From Raillietiella orientalis (lineage: Eukaryota), in the NCBI GenBank assembly GCA_036172245.1, contig JAYWIR010000043.1:62001-126000 (forward strand): 64,000 nucleotides of DNA, written 5' to 3'. Both the position numbers and the translations under genes were made by a program. Numbering within the stretch: the first letter of the stretch is position 1; every line of letters starts with the position of its first letter. Shown piece after piece: positions 1-12,000 of the stretch. The notes beneath the pieces are model-generated. The model made no database searches. It was given only the letters and a program-made list of their open reading frames with translations, and was not told the origin of the DNA.

Positions 1-2
1 CA

Positions 3-1751
3 TACGTACCCCAAGGCTATAGACCTTCTCTCCGATATAAGGTGAGTGGCTTTCTTTCTGCGCGCGACGGAAATCAGTTCAACGATGAACTGACCCGTGT
101 TGGCGTGCGGGAGGATGACCTTCTCGCCATTATGCCCGTAAAAGACATGGGCTATTTCAAGGTGCGTTGCAAAGACGTTGCACTTGTGCAACGCTTGCTG
201 CGCACCCCGTTGTCGATCCGTGGCCAGAAGGTCTTCCCGGCCGCCATGGACGACTCATTTGTGGCGGAGATTTTCGACATCGATTCGGAAATCTCCGATA
301 TTGATATTCGGAACGCGTTGGCACAATTCGCCACGGTCCATGCGTTGTGGAGGGTGCGTAGCAACCTCAAGGAGTTTTCGTCCATACACAGCGGAGTCGC
401 TGGAGTCCGGCTTACAATGCCGGACCGCCGTCTGCTGCCCACCAAACTACAGGTGAAAGACACGGTCGTTCACCTGTGGTTCGTGGGCAAAGTAAGAACG
501 TGCGAGCAATGCGGGAAGGAGAGGCATTGTTTCGATAAATGCCCTTCTGGAAAATGCCGTTATTGCAAACTATCCGGGCACCAATTGAAAAATTGCCCGG
601 ATCTTTTGCGAAAAAAGGCAGCCGCAGAGCTCCATTTTAAAAAACAAAGCGCGGATAAAAAGAAAAAATCTGCGAAAAACCTGGAGACTCCAAGGCAGAA
701 ATTCCGAAATAACGCGAGGCGGAATGTCGCCCCAAAGCAGCAGGAAACCTCGCACGCGAAGCCCTGCGCGCCCCCTCTCGCGGCAGGGGAGCCGCAAAAG
801 AAAGGGTGCGGGGAATCCGGGGCAATGGTAAGTCCCCCTAGGCGCAATAGCTGTCATTCGCAAGCACGCCCGGCTCTTTCGGAGTTCGAGCAACCGGCGG
901 GGACGTCAATGGACAACGGCGGTAAGGACACTTCCAGTACCGTCAGATCCATTCCTTCACCTCCTGCAGTGGCTGAGAAGCCCAAATCGGATAAGAAGGG
1001 TTGTGCCGTGTCGACTTCGAAAGTCGGCAAAAAAAAATCCGCGTCGCGTTCCAACACCGCGAAAGCGGAGAAAAATCTCACGCCGTCGCAATCGAAGAGG
1101 AAGCTCTCGACTGGCGCGGATGCCATGCCAACGAAGGGATTAAAATCCCTTCCGAAGGCAGCGTCCATGACGAGCGTGTCGAAGCCATCCAAACTGCTCC
1201 CGTCCAAAGACGCGGATGGCTTCAAAGATGGCACTGGAGCACAATCTCCATTTACGGCGCCACGCGAAGTAAGGAACCGTAATGAAGTAAAGAAGACTTC
1301 AGCAAAGGTCCCTCGTGCAACTGCGCGTGAGCACGCTGAAAACGCGCGCGCCGGGAAAGCAGCCGTCACCAAAAGCGATGCTCTGGTGACGGAAAACGAA
1401 AACAGGACAGCTGTCAATCCAGCAGAACCTGTCACTGTTTCGCGGAAGGCCGAAACCCGATCGACCATGCGCCGGTCGGACTCCGAAATGGATGCCGTTC
1501 CGATCACCGAGACGAGGACAACTCGTTCGAAACCGTGTGCGCGCCGATCAAAAGTAGGCAGCCAGGCAACTCTATCCGCGAAGCCACGCGAAGTCTCCAC
1601 GAAACCCGACGGGGATAAGCCTGGCGTGGAGGCATTACATGCATGCAGCACGACAGAGGACGGTGGCGACCGTCCCCTCCAGCCAGTCGTGCTGCTCGCC
1701 CTCTGCTCGCCGGATAAAGCGAGCAAAAAGCCGCCACCTTCCCAGCAGTAA
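3..1751 (+). CDS. ORF1 (gag-like nucleic-acid-binding protein) of A, 5'-partial
   Basis: Frame is open from position 3; knuckles CEQCGKERHCFDKC and CRYCKLSGHQLKNC; homologous to the ORF1 at 45562. Confidence 0.88.
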   Translation, partial: YVPQGYRPSLRYKVSGFLSARDGNQFNDELTRVGVREDDLLAIMPVKDMGYFKVRCKDVALVQRLLRTPLSIRGQKVFPAAMDDSFVAEIFDIDSEISDIDIRNALAQFATVHALWRVRSNLKEFSSIHSGVAGVRLTMPDRRLLPTKLQVKDTVVHLWFVGKVRTCEQCGKERHCFDKCPSGKCRYCKLSGHQLKNCPDLLRKKAAAELHFKKQSADKKKKSAKNLETPRQKFRNNARRNVAPKQQETSHAKPCAPPLAAGEPQKKGCGESGAMVSPPRRNSCHSQARPALSEFEQPAGTSMDNGGKDTSSTVRSIPSPPAVAEKPKSDKKGCAVSTSKVGKKKSASRSNTAKAEKNLTPSQSKRKLSTGADAMPTKGLKSLPKAASMTSVSKPSKLLPSKDADGFKDGTGAQSPFTAPREVRNRNEVKKTSAKVPRATAREHAENARAGKAAVTKSDALVTENENRTAVNPAEPVTVSRKAETRSTMRRSDSEMDAVPITETRTTRSKPCARRSKVGSQATLSAKPREVSTKPDGDKPGVEALHACSTTEDGGDRPLQPVVLLALCSPDKASKKPPPSQQ

Positions 1752-4700
1752 TGCGGGGAATCGCGTCTTCTCGTCGTCTGTCCGTAACGTGTTGGAACGT
1801 GAACGGACTACAGAACGACGTGAAGAGGTGATTAGTAGCCAACGCCCTGCGCCCCTTCGACCTCGCGCTCCTGCAGGAGATTCACGTAATCTGCGACGAG
1901 CAATCAACCGAAATCGAGGAGCGCGCAGGCGGAACGCTACATTGGGGGTGCGGCGGCGCACACACGTGCGGCGTTGCGTTCCTCGTAAGAGGAAAAATGG
2001 CGGAAGCGGTGCGTAGTGTTCGTTTCGATGACGACGGACGGATAGGCCAGCTTGTCATCAAGTGGTCCGAGTCCATCGATCTCGTCGTTACAAACGTTTA
2101 CGCGCCGAGTGGCTCTCGCTACCTCGAATAAAGAGTAGCTTTCTTTGGTGATGTGCAGAGCCACTGGCTCAACAACTCCGGTTTCCAAGTGGCGCACCTC
2201 CTCGTTGGGAACTTCAACGTCCGCCTGCTCTCCGACGATTGGAGCCGCCCGAGGGAGCGCGCGCTGCCCATCGAGATGTGCGCGTCCGTGCACGCCGCCA
2301 ACTTGATAATCAGCGAATTTGGAATGGAAAGATCGCTCGATCACGTTTTCCTCGATGAAAACCTGCATTCGCGTGTGGGTAGGAGAGGAAGATTGTTGAC
2401 TAGGCTTTCTGACCACCAGAGGTTAAAGTTTGAGATCCTTCCGCCAGGCAGGGGGCCTCCGTTGCAAAACTGGAGGATGCAGGCGGATTGGCTTAGCCAC
2501 CCGGAGGCTGCGAAGCATCTACGTGGATACCTCCGAGGCTTTGCCATTCAAGAACTTGCGGACTGGGACGATCTCAAAAGATCTGTCCGCGAGTTCTGCT
2601 GCCAATTCCCCTTGCACCGGCTTCCACGCGGTTTCGGAGAGGGCGTTGCCAACAGTAGAGACTTTCTGCAGGCCCGCACGTTTTCGAGACGCGCGGATGT
2701 CGGGCGTTTCGCAGAGTACAGGGCGAGGGCCGAGCGCCAGGTCTGGCAGTCCGGAGCAGCATGCCTGTTGGACGACAATCGCCAGGAATGTTCGGCCCCA
2801 GCCGAAGTACGCCGCATTGTGAGACGCTACTACTCCTCGCTCTAAGCGGAATGCCCGACGGAGGATATTCTTTCTGAGATACTCCTGTCTCAGGATGCTC
2901 GTGTTGTCGGCGAGGAGGAACGCGAACGTCTCGACGAGCCCTTCACGGCGGATGAATTTTCGTCCGCCATCGCTGGGCTGAAGAGACGAAAGAAGCCAGG
3001 CGAGGATGGGCTCCCTGCAGAGTTTTATCAGTGCTTTGCAGTGGAGCTCATTTCCTTGATGCTCAAACTCGCGACGCTGATGAGTGAATCCGGGAATGTC
3101 CCTGATTCCTTCCGCTCAGCGAAGGTGCGTCTCCTGCCGAAAGGCGGAGACTTGCGCCAACTTAACAACTGGCGTCCGATCACCTTGGTGAACTCGGACG
3201 TCAAGTTGTTTTCCAAGCTGTGGGTCGCGCGGTTAGGAAGAATCGCGGAATCTGTGGTGATCCCGGAACAAACCTACGCGGTTCCGGGACGATCCATGCA
3301 GGCGAACATCCTTTTCGCGCGTACATGGATGCAGCTGCAGTAAGTTGTAGCGCAGCAAAGCCAGGCTGCTGCGAAAGTCACTGCCGCAGGCAAAAAGAAC
3401 AGGCGCCGACGGCAGGAGGGAACGCCAGGTGCCTTGGCGGTCGCGGTCGATCTCCACAAGGCGTTCGACTGCGTAAACGAGAAGCTGCTTTTGGAGCTTA
3501 TGGAACGCCTTGGGTTCCCGGCGCAACTCCTGCTGTATTTGCGCGCGTGCTGGCGCCACGCGCTAACCTGCATCACTTTTAGCGGCTGCCGCGTGTATGG
3601 TATTCCCGTTCGTAGGGGCATCCGACAGGGCGACAGCTTAAGCCCGTTGCTCTTCGGCATCTTCTTTGAGTTGGTGCTAAGAGCATACAGGCTGACGCTG
3701 TCTCACTTGCCAAGCTCCTGCCCGGGAACGCCTGCCGTGGCCGCCTACGCTGATGACCTGCTTCTTCTGATCCCCATGTCCACCCCGGCGTCCAGTGTCG
3801 AGGATTTCTTCGACCTGATTCGTCGGGGAGCGGGCGTGAGCGTGAACAGAGAGAAGAGCGTGGTGGTTCCTGTGGGTACGTCGTGGGAGGGGCAGTCCGA
3901 CTGGATCCGCCTGGGGATCCCCACGGGCGGGTACTTTAAGTACCTTGACGTTCCGTTGGGCGCTTTCGGCGCAGCCGAAGCGTGGACGGACTGTCTTCAG
4001 ATAGCAGAGTTGGCCATCAGCCCGTTCTTTAACGGCAAGTTTACCTTGCAGGAACGGGCGACTATTTGGAACACCTTTGTGGCCCCCCTCCCTTGTCCCC
4101 TGTTTTTTGTTTTGGACCCCCCCTATGCGGCAAAACAGCGGGCTTAGCGCCTGCTCAGGAACGCTCTCTGGTGTACGGCGAGATCCAGGATTCGCCTTAA
4201 AGATTTGTCAGCTCCGCGTCGGGATGCTGGTTTGGGTATCCTGACAATGGAGCGAATCGGACTGCAGGTGCAGTTCCGACTGCTGGCACTGTGTGCCCAG
4301 CTATGGACATCCCCCCTGTGTGTGCCAGCTCGCATTCTCCTGCGGAGATGCGCCGGCAGCGGAGGATTTCTCTCGCTTTTGCCGGGCACTCAATACAGGA
4401 AGCGGGGTTTCGGGTTTCCATTGCGGCTGTTGACCGCACTTCTGGAAGCACACTCTTGGATCTCCTGCCACCCAATGAACTTTGAAGCTTGGCGGCAGGA
4501 GTCTGTTGAATCCTGGGCGGCGTTCCAAGGAATACGCTCTGAAGATCTTCGCCCCCTCCGCCAATTTTTTCCACGATCCTTGGAAGAAGTACTGCAGGAG
4601 GAGGTGAAGTTTTCTACCCTGGCTGCCACGCCTCTTGCCGCAGCGCTGTCTGCCCTCAGGGCAAGAAACGACAGTGACCAACCGGCGAGGTGGGAGGTTT

Positions 4701-5344
4701 CCTGCACGATAGCGGGAAGAACCAAACTCCTTGGCACCTGGAAGACAAGTGAGTTGGCGGACGCCGCCACTCCTCGTGTTACTGCAAAGGGACTCCTCCG
4801 GTGAGCAGAAGAACTTGCTGTCACCCCCGAAAAACTTGTAGTCCCCCCACAGTGTATAAACAGTTCGCTGCTCCCCCTTGCTTGGAAACAAGCCGTGCTG
4901 CTTTTCGTTCACTGGGGTTTTCAGTGCAACGAGCGTTGGCATCGTGACTCCGGGGGACTTGCGTCTGCGAACTGCGTTCGGTGCGGATCGACGGAGTCGA
5001 TTCCGCACCTACTTCTGGAGTGCGGTGTCCTACAAGGACTGTGGCGTAGGCTGGCAACAGCACTATTGCATCCCGTGGACACCGCAAGAGACTTGCTGCG
5101 ACGATTCTTCACGCCGAGCGGGCTTTCACTAAGCGCAAGGATTGCAACCATCGGTTGCATACCCGCGATAGTTTCCGTCCGCCAGGCGTTGGAAATCAAC
5201 GGACAGCACCAAGAGGTAATTAGCAAAGCATACTTCTTAATGGGAGCATCCGCTAGATGGCCTCATTTGACAGAGGAGACAAAGAGGAATCTCGCCGCAA
5301 TACACCGCCGGTTTACACACCCTCATCAGCGGCCAACCCGGTGA
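1751..5344 (+). pseudogene. ORF2 (APE-RT-CCHC) of A; single frame with six nonsense codons
   Basis: Motifs WNVNG, LQE, YAPS, GNFN, SDH, DLHKAFD, GIRQGDSLSP, YADD and CVRC..H..C; stops at 1829, 2129, 2843, 3341, 4145 and 4802. Confidence 0.92.
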
Positions 5345-5650
5345 TCATTGCCCTACCCTCCATGAACTAAATTTGTATTTTCTTTTTACACCCGCGTCCC
5401 CATAGGCTCCGGAACATTTTTGGTGCTTATCGTATAAATCCCCGTGAGTACGGAGCCTAACCAAAAACCCGTTACCCTTCCCTCCAGTTTTTGATTTTTG
5501 TTTGTTTCCCCTCATTCCTCCCACGCTGCGAGCGGTTTGTTTACCAGGCCTGCGTGCCGGTAATTTTTCTATGTTCTCTGTCGTTCTCTTGGTTGGGGAC
5601 ATTGTCCCTCACCAGTTTATTATTATTAATAAACGCCCCGGAGTGACCGG

Positions 5651-8600
5651 GTGATAAATTTCAATCTCCGCCTGCTAACAGGTGAGCCGGAAACACAGGT
5701 GAACGCGATGAACGAGTTGTGCGTCGCCATGCGTGCGCGCAACTTGTTTGCTGGTGAGAGGGGAATGGTCCGCAGCATCGACCACGTCCTCCTCGACGCT
5801 GACCTGTGTTCACGGGTCGGCAAACGGGGGAGGGTTGCGTCAACGTTGTCGGACCATTCCCGGTTTATTTTCGAGATGCGGCCTCGCGACAAAGGACCGC
5901 CATCCAGAGACTGGAGTCTGCCGGGGGACTGGACGCGACTCTCAGGTGCAAAGGAACACCTTCGTGAATACCTGAGAGGCGTCACGCTCCGGAATCTCCA
6001 AGACTGGGACCTTTTCAAGGAATCGGTCCGGGAATTCTGCGAGCAGTTCCCTTTGGACCGCCTGCCCTCCGGATTCGGCGAGGGTCCTCGCAACCATCGG
6101 GCCTATTTACAGGTTCGAAGGTACGAGCGAACCCCTAATGTCCGTCGCCTGGCCGAGTACCGCGCCGGGGCCGAACGCCAAGCCTGGCAATCCGGGTCGG
6201 CCAGCTTGCTGGACGACCAGGGCCGGGAATGTTCGTCCCCGGCGTCGGTACGGCATCTCGTGCGGAGTTATTATTCCTTTCTTTACGCTAGAACGCCCCC
6301 GGATCAAGATGCCTCTCGGCTCTTGCTTCCGGATGGTGCCTCGACAATAGGGGAGGAGGAGTCGTTAAGCCTCGATGAGCCTTTTACCACCGGCGAAATT
6401 CTCGCCGGTATCAAAAGGCTCAAGAGGCGGAAAGCTCCAGGGGAAGACGGCTTGCCCGCGGAGTTCTATCAGAGCTTCACGGAAGAGCTGGCACCCCTGC
6501 TGCTTCAGCTGACAAGGCTGATCCGAGACGAAGGCGATGTTCCCGCCTCGTTTCGGTCAGCCAGAGTGAGGCTCCTTCCGAAAGGGGGAGACTTTAGGAA
6601 TTTGAACAACTTGCGTCCGATCACGATTGTGAATACGGACGCCAAGTTGGTTGCCGGGCTATGGGCTTCGCGTCTGGGGCAGGTGGCAGAATCCATTATT
6701 AGCCCGGAGCAGACATATGCTGTTCCCGGGCGAAGTATGGATGCCAACCTTTTCTTCGCGAGCACGTGGTTGCACGCGCAGAGGTATCAAAAGGAAGCGA
6801 AAGGAAAAATCGGCAACCCCACTTTGGGGCCGCCAGCAGGGCAGGGAATGGACTCCCGGGCGGGGAAGGAGGCCTTAGCGCTCGAAGTCGATCTCCATAA
6901 GGCGTTCGACTGTGTTGACCAGGGGCTTTTGTTGGAGCTCCTGGGTCGCATGGGCTTCCCACCCTCCTTGATCAACTACCTGCGCTCCTGCTGGCGCCAT
7001 GCCATAATTTCCGTCTCTTTCAGCGCTCAGAAGGTGCATGGCGTGCCGGTGCGGCGGGACATCAGGCAGGGAGATAGCCTGAGTCCCCTGCTCTTCAGCA
7101 CCTACTTTGAGTTGGTGCTGAGAGCCTACAGGGTGACTTTGGCCTCCTTGCCTAGCTCGTGTCCCGGCACGCCCGCCGTAGCAGCCTATGCCGACGACTT
7201 TCTGCTCCTGTTACCTATGTCCACCCCGGCGAAGGCGGTCGGAGACTTCTTCGATCTGCTCAGCCGTGGGACCGGACTGCAGGTCAACATGGCGAAGTCG
7301 TCGGTGGTGCCAGTAGGTGCGGCGTGGGCAGGGCAGCAGGACTGGGTCCGTCTGGGGATCCCCACGGCGAGGTGCATCAAGTACCTTGGTGTGCCGTTGG
7401 GTGACTACTCCCCTGCGGAAGCGTGGTCCAGCTGTCTTCAAAAAGTTGAGACGGCGATCGGCCCGTTCCTGGAAGGCAAGTTTCACTTGCCGGAACGGGC
7501 CGCGGTTTGGAACGCCTTCGCGGCCCCCATCCTCCGCCCCTTGCTTTTTGTTTGCCCCGCCCCCAGAGAATGCAAAAAGAGGACGAAGGACCTCCTCCGC
7601 ATCGCCCTTTGGGGCAAGGGGAGGCCCCGAGTGCCTCTGCAGGACTTGTGCGCTCCGCGTCGGGACGGCGGTCTTGGCCTCCTGACGCTGGAGCGCGTGG
7701 AAATCCAGCTGCGGTGGCGAACCCTTGCCATCGCAGCGAAGATGTGGAGCACCCCTTGGTGCGTTCTGGCCCGTCACCTCGCCAGGCGTGTGTCCCGATG
7801 CGAAGGACTCGCGTCGTTTCTTCTGTGCCCTGGCCGGAAGATCCGAAGATGCGGCCTTATGCTCGGACGCATAGCAACCTTGGCGAAGACGAACGGTTGG
7901 ATGGCTTGTGGCCCCGCCAAATCCTCCGCCTGGTTGGAGGAGTCTGCTGGCACATGGGCTAAGCTAAACCGGAGGAGCGAAAACCACATGAACTGCCTGC
8001 GAATCGGCCCATACGCCAACCGCACCCTGCGGGAAATACTGGAATTTCCTCGGAGTCGCAGGTGGGCGTTGACGACCTCCCTTGCTACGGCGATGCCCTA
8101 CCTCCTGAGGGCGCTTCAGGATTGCCAGAAGCCGAGGTGGCAAGTCACCTGCCAGATCGCAGGCAGGGAGAAGATGTTAAGCGGCTGGACCACAAAAGAA
8201 CAGGCGGACGCCACGACCCCGAGCGTCCAGCCGCGTGGACTAATGAGATGGGGCGAGCTGCTCGCCATCCCTACGGATGTGCTGAAGTGGCCCCCGGTAT
8301 TAAAGGAATCCAGGATCCTGCCCCTGAAGTGGCAAGAGTCGGCGTTGCTTTTGTTGCACTGGGGTCTACCCTGCAACGCGCGCCGCTTCCACTGGACGAG
8401 GGGAGCTGTGGATCCTTCGTGTGCCAGGTGCGGGGAGCGGGAATCGCTTACCCACCTTATTTTGGATTGTACTGCCATCCGACCCCTCTGGGAACGGTTC
8501 GGGGCGACCCTAGGGCTCCCTACGGGCAGCACCCCCAGAGACGTTCTTCGGCCCCTCTTCGTGAAGGACGCACTGCAGCTAGCCGCAGCCATCGCAGCCT

Positions 8601-8794
8601 TGTGCTGTGTCCGTGGAATCGTGGCGGCATGGAGCGACGCCAATAACGAAGGACTGGGTCCACACGCGAGGGATGTCATCCCATACGCCCAACGCTTCAT
8701 GCGGAGGGCTGCCGGATGGCCCCAACTGGGGAATATACGGACGGACCTCGAGGGCTTCCTTCAACGGATGGGCCCTCCTCACAGCGTTCAGTGA
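5651..8794 (+). CDS. ORF2 of B: uninterrupted for 1047 aa but lacking the N-terminal half of the endonuclease
   Basis: Motifs IDH, SDH, DLHKAFD, RQGDSLSP, YADD, YLGVP, CARCGERESLTHLILDC; the GTG start is created by the A/B junction. Confidence 0.88.
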   Translation: MINFNLRLLTGEPETQVNAMNELCVAMRARNLFAGERGMVRSIDHVLLDADLCSRVGKRGRVASTLSDHSRFIFEMRPRDKGPPSRDWSLPGDWTRLSGAKEHLREYLRGVTLRNLQDWDLFKESVREFCEQFPLDRLPSGFGEGPRNHRAYLQVRRYERTPNVRRLAEYRAGAERQAWQSGSASLLDDQGRECSSPASVRHLVRSYYSFLYARTPPDQDASRLLLPDGASTIGEEESLSLDEPFTTGEILAGIKRLKRRKAPGEDGLPAEFYQSFTEELAPLLLQLTRLIRDEGDVPASFRSARVRLLPKGGDFRNLNNLRPITIVNTDAKLVAGLWASRLGQVAESIISPEQTYAVPGRSMDANLFFASTWLHAQRYQKEAKGKIGNPTLGPPAGQGMDSRAGKEALALEVDLHKAFDCVDQGLLLELLGRMGFPPSLINYLRSCWRHAIISVSFSAQKVHGVPVRRDIRQGDSLSPLLFSTYFELVLRAYRVTLASLPSSCPGTPAVAAYADDFLLLLPMSTPAKAVGDFFDLLSRGTGLQVNMAKSSVVPVGAAWAGQQDWVRLGIPTARCIKYLGVPLGDYSPAEAWSSCLQKVETAIGPFLEGKFHLPERAAVWNAFAAPILRPLLFVCPAPRECKKRTKDLLRIALWGKGRPRVPLQDLCAPRRDGGLGLLTLERVEIQLRWRTLAIAAKMWSTPWCVLARHLARRVSRCEGLASFLLCPGRKIRRCGLMLGRIATLAKTNGWMACGPAKSSAWLEESAGTWAKLNRRSENHMNCLRIGPYANRTLREILEFPRSRRWALTTSLATAMPYLLRALQDCQKPRWQVTCQIAGREKMLSGWTTKEQADATTPSVQPRGLMRWGELLAIPTDVLKWPPVLKESRILPLKWQESALLLLHWGLPCNARRFHWTRGAVDPSCARCGERESLTHLILDCTAIRPLWERFGATLGLPTGSTPRDVLRPLFVKDALQLAAAIAALCCVRGIVAAWSDANNEGLGPHARDVIPYAQRFMRRAAGWPQLGNIRTDLEGFLQRMGPPHSVQ

Positions 8795-9010
8795 TCCCTT
8801 CCCTGCCCTCCAACTTCTTTTTGTCTGTTTATTTTTTTTTATTTTTCTTTTTGTTTTATCCCCATCCCCCTTTGCTGCTGAGGAACGCTACGCTGGGCTG
8901 CGTCCCGGCGTCCCGGCAGGTCCAGTGCATATGGCCGTGAGCGGGGCCTTGTACCGCGGATGTAGAGTTGTTTTTTAAAAATAAACGCCCCGGGCGTACC
9001 CGGGTGTAAA
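5658..9010 (+). mobile_element. Element B (family II), 3' portion starting inside the endonuclease domain
   Basis: Begins within the (GD)FNLRLL motif directly after the tail of A; terminus AATAAACGCCCCGGGCGTACCCGGGTG at 8980-9006. Confidence 0.92.
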
Positions 9011-12000
9011 ATCCGGAAGACGGGTCGCAAGTCCCAAAAGCAGAGGAGGCGCCTTCCCTCCACAAGCGAAGAGAAGAAGCAGGAAACCGACGACAGAGTG
9101 GGAATCCCGGAGGGGAAAATCCCACGCGCAGAAGTCGTCGAGCAGGCCACCCTCATGGAGGAGGGTGAGCAGGGGGGCGAAGTCCTCCTTGCCAGCGCGG
9201 ACCCTGTACAGCGCACCCCTATGGAGGCGGGCCAACAGGTGGGCGCGACCCCACTGGAGGATGACCCTCCCGACGCGCCGTCACCGATGGAGCAGGGGGA
9301 TCAGGTGCTCGAGGCACCTGTCCCTCCTGCTCCACCTAGCGTCCCGCCTCAACAAGTGGCGGACGCTGCAGAGCCGATTTCCCAAGAATAACACCTTGGC
9401 TCGCCTGTCGTCGTCGAATCCGCGTGGCCAGTTGGAACGTCAACGGGCTGCGCGACGACGGCAACAGACGAGATACGGCCGACACCCTGCTTGAGTTCGA
9501 CCTGGCCCTGCTGCAGGAGATCGATGTGATCACCTCGGCAGACGTCCAGGAGATCGAGACGATCGCGAGGGGTCAACTGTATTGGCGATGCGGCGCCCGC
9601 AACACCTGTGGGGTCGCGTTTTTCGTGAATCGGGTCATCGACGCCGCCGTGAAGGGCGTACGCTTCGATGACGACGGTCGGGTCGGTCAGCTGATTCTCA
9701 GCTGGTCCGACTCGATCAAATTGATCGTCACGAACGTGTACGCCCCTAGCGGGAAAGGGGGATACAGCGACCGTACCAGGCTGCTGGAAACCCTGAAGCG
9801 CGACTGGCTGGCCGATACGAACGTGCGGAAGGCACACCTGATAGCTGGGGACTTTAATCTCCGTCTGCTGTCAGGTGAGCCCGAAGCACAAGAACGCACG
9901 GCCAACGAGTTGTGCACTGCCATGCGCACGCGCAACTTGTTGGCGGACGCGGAGTGAATGGACCACAGCATCGACCACTTCTTCCTGGATTTCGACCTGT
10001 GCTCGCGGGTCGGCAAACAGGGAAAAGTTACGTCGACACTTTCGGACCATTCCAGGCTAATCGCCGAGGTTTGCCCGCGTAATAAAGGACCCGCGTCCGA
10101 GGCGTGGCGGCTGCCTGGGGACTGGACGCGGTTCTCATGTGCGAAGGAACACCTTTGCGAATTCCTGAGAGGCGTCACCCTCCGCAGTCTCAAAGATTGA
10201 GACCTCTTCAAGGCCTCGGTCCGCGAGTTCTGCGACGAGTTCCCCCTGCACCGCCTGCCCCTCGGATTTGGGGAGGAGGCTCGGAACCATTGGGCATATT
10301 TATAGGCCCGCCGGTACGAGAGGACCCCTAATGTCCATCGCCTGGCCGAATATCGAGACGGGGCCGAGCGTTAGGCCTGGCAATCCGGGTCGGCCAGCTT
10401 GCTGGACGACCAGGGCCGGGAGCGATCGGCCCCACCCGCGATCACGCACCTCGTGCGGCATTATTATTCCTCCCTCTACGCTAGGGCACCTCCAGAGCGT
10501 AACGCCTCGCGACTCCTGCTACCGGATGGAGGCCCGACAATAGGGGAGGAGGAGACGATCAGCCTGGACGAGCCTTTTTCTACCGATGAAATTCTCGCCG
10601 ATATTAAAATGCTCAAGAGGCGTAACGCGCCAGGGGTGGAAGGCCTGCCTGCGGAATTTTTTTAATGCTTCGCGATGGAGCTGGCCCCCCTGGTGCTCCA
10701 GTTGACCGGGCTGATCCGAGACGAAGGCGACGTTCCCGCCTCGTTTCGGTCAGCCCGTGTGAGCCTCCTCCCTAAGGAAGGAGACCTGAGATCCTTAGGC
10801 AATTGCCGTCCGATAACAAGTGTGAATACGGACACCAAGCTGGTCGCTGGACTGTGGGCTTTGCGTGTAGGACAGGTGGCAGACTCCATAATTAGTCCGG
10901 AGCAGACATACGCTGTTCCCGAGCGAAGTATGGATGCCAACCTGTTCTTCGCGAGCACATGCTTCCATGTGCAGCGCTGCCTAAATGAAACTGGCGGAAA
11001 GATTGGCAACCTCACTTTGGGGCCTCCAGCTGGGCTGGCAATAGACACCCGGGCTGGGAAGGGGGCATTAGCGATCGCGGTCGATTACCATAAGGCGTTC
11101 GACTGCGTTGACCAAGAGCTACTGTTGGAGATCCTGGGTCGCATGGGCTTCTTACCCTCCCTTCTTTCCTTCCAGCGCTCCTGCTGGCGCAACGCCATCG
11201 TTAACATCTGCTTTTCCAGCCAACAGGTTTACGGCGTGCCGGTGTGGCGGGGCATACGGCAGGGCGATAGCCTCAGTCCCCTGCTCTTTAGCACATACTT
11301 TGTGTTGGTGCTGAGAGCGTACAGGGTGACTTTGGCTGCCCTGCCGAGCTCGTGCCCCGGCACTTCCGCCGTAGCAGCATACGCCGACGACCTTCTGCTC
11401 ATGTTTCCCATGTTTGCCCGGCAGCCGCAGTCGAGGATTTCTTCGACCTGCTAAGTCGTGGGACTGGACTTCGGGTAAACAAGGCCAAGTCGTCGGTCGT
11501 ACCGGTAGGTGCGACGTGGGTCGTACGGCCTGACTGGATCCGCTTGGGGATCCCCGCGGCCAGGTACCTGAAGCACATGGGTGTCCCGTTGGGGGAATTC
11601 TGCCTCGCAGAAGCCTGGTCAGATCGTCTCCAAAAGGTAGAGTTGGCTATCGGCCCGTTCCTGGAAGGCAAGTTCCTTCTGCGGGAATGGGCCGCGGTGT
11701 GTAACGCGTTTGCGGCTTCCATCCTCTGCCCCCTGCTTTTTGTTTGTTGCGTCCCCCGTGACATTAAAAAGAGGACCAAGGACCTAATCTGCATCGCCCT
11801 CTGGGGCAGCGGGAGGCCACATGTGCCTCTAGATGACTTATGCGCTCCTCGTCGGGACGGCGGTCTCGGCCTCCTGACGCTGGAGAGCCTGGACATACAG
11901 CTGCTATGGCGCACACTCGCCATCGCAGCAAAATCATGGAGCACCGCTTGGTGCGTTCCGGCCCGTATCCTCGCCAGCCGTGTGTTCAGGACGCAAGGAC

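Larger units (their letters stand above)
1..5657 (+). mobile_element. Element A (family I): L1/Tx1-like non-LTR retrotransposon; 5' end lies outside the window
   Basis: ORF1 and ORF2 joined by TAATG at 1749-1753; T-rich 3' UTR; AATAAA-hairpin terminus at 5628-5653 followed by ATAA. Confidence 0.93.

Noticed and set aside
1751..5344. Stop-codon reassignment explaining the in-frame stops
   Set aside because: The stops are of all three types and align to different residues in paralogues (R, E, Y, H, Q, W), each consistent with a single substitution; B has none
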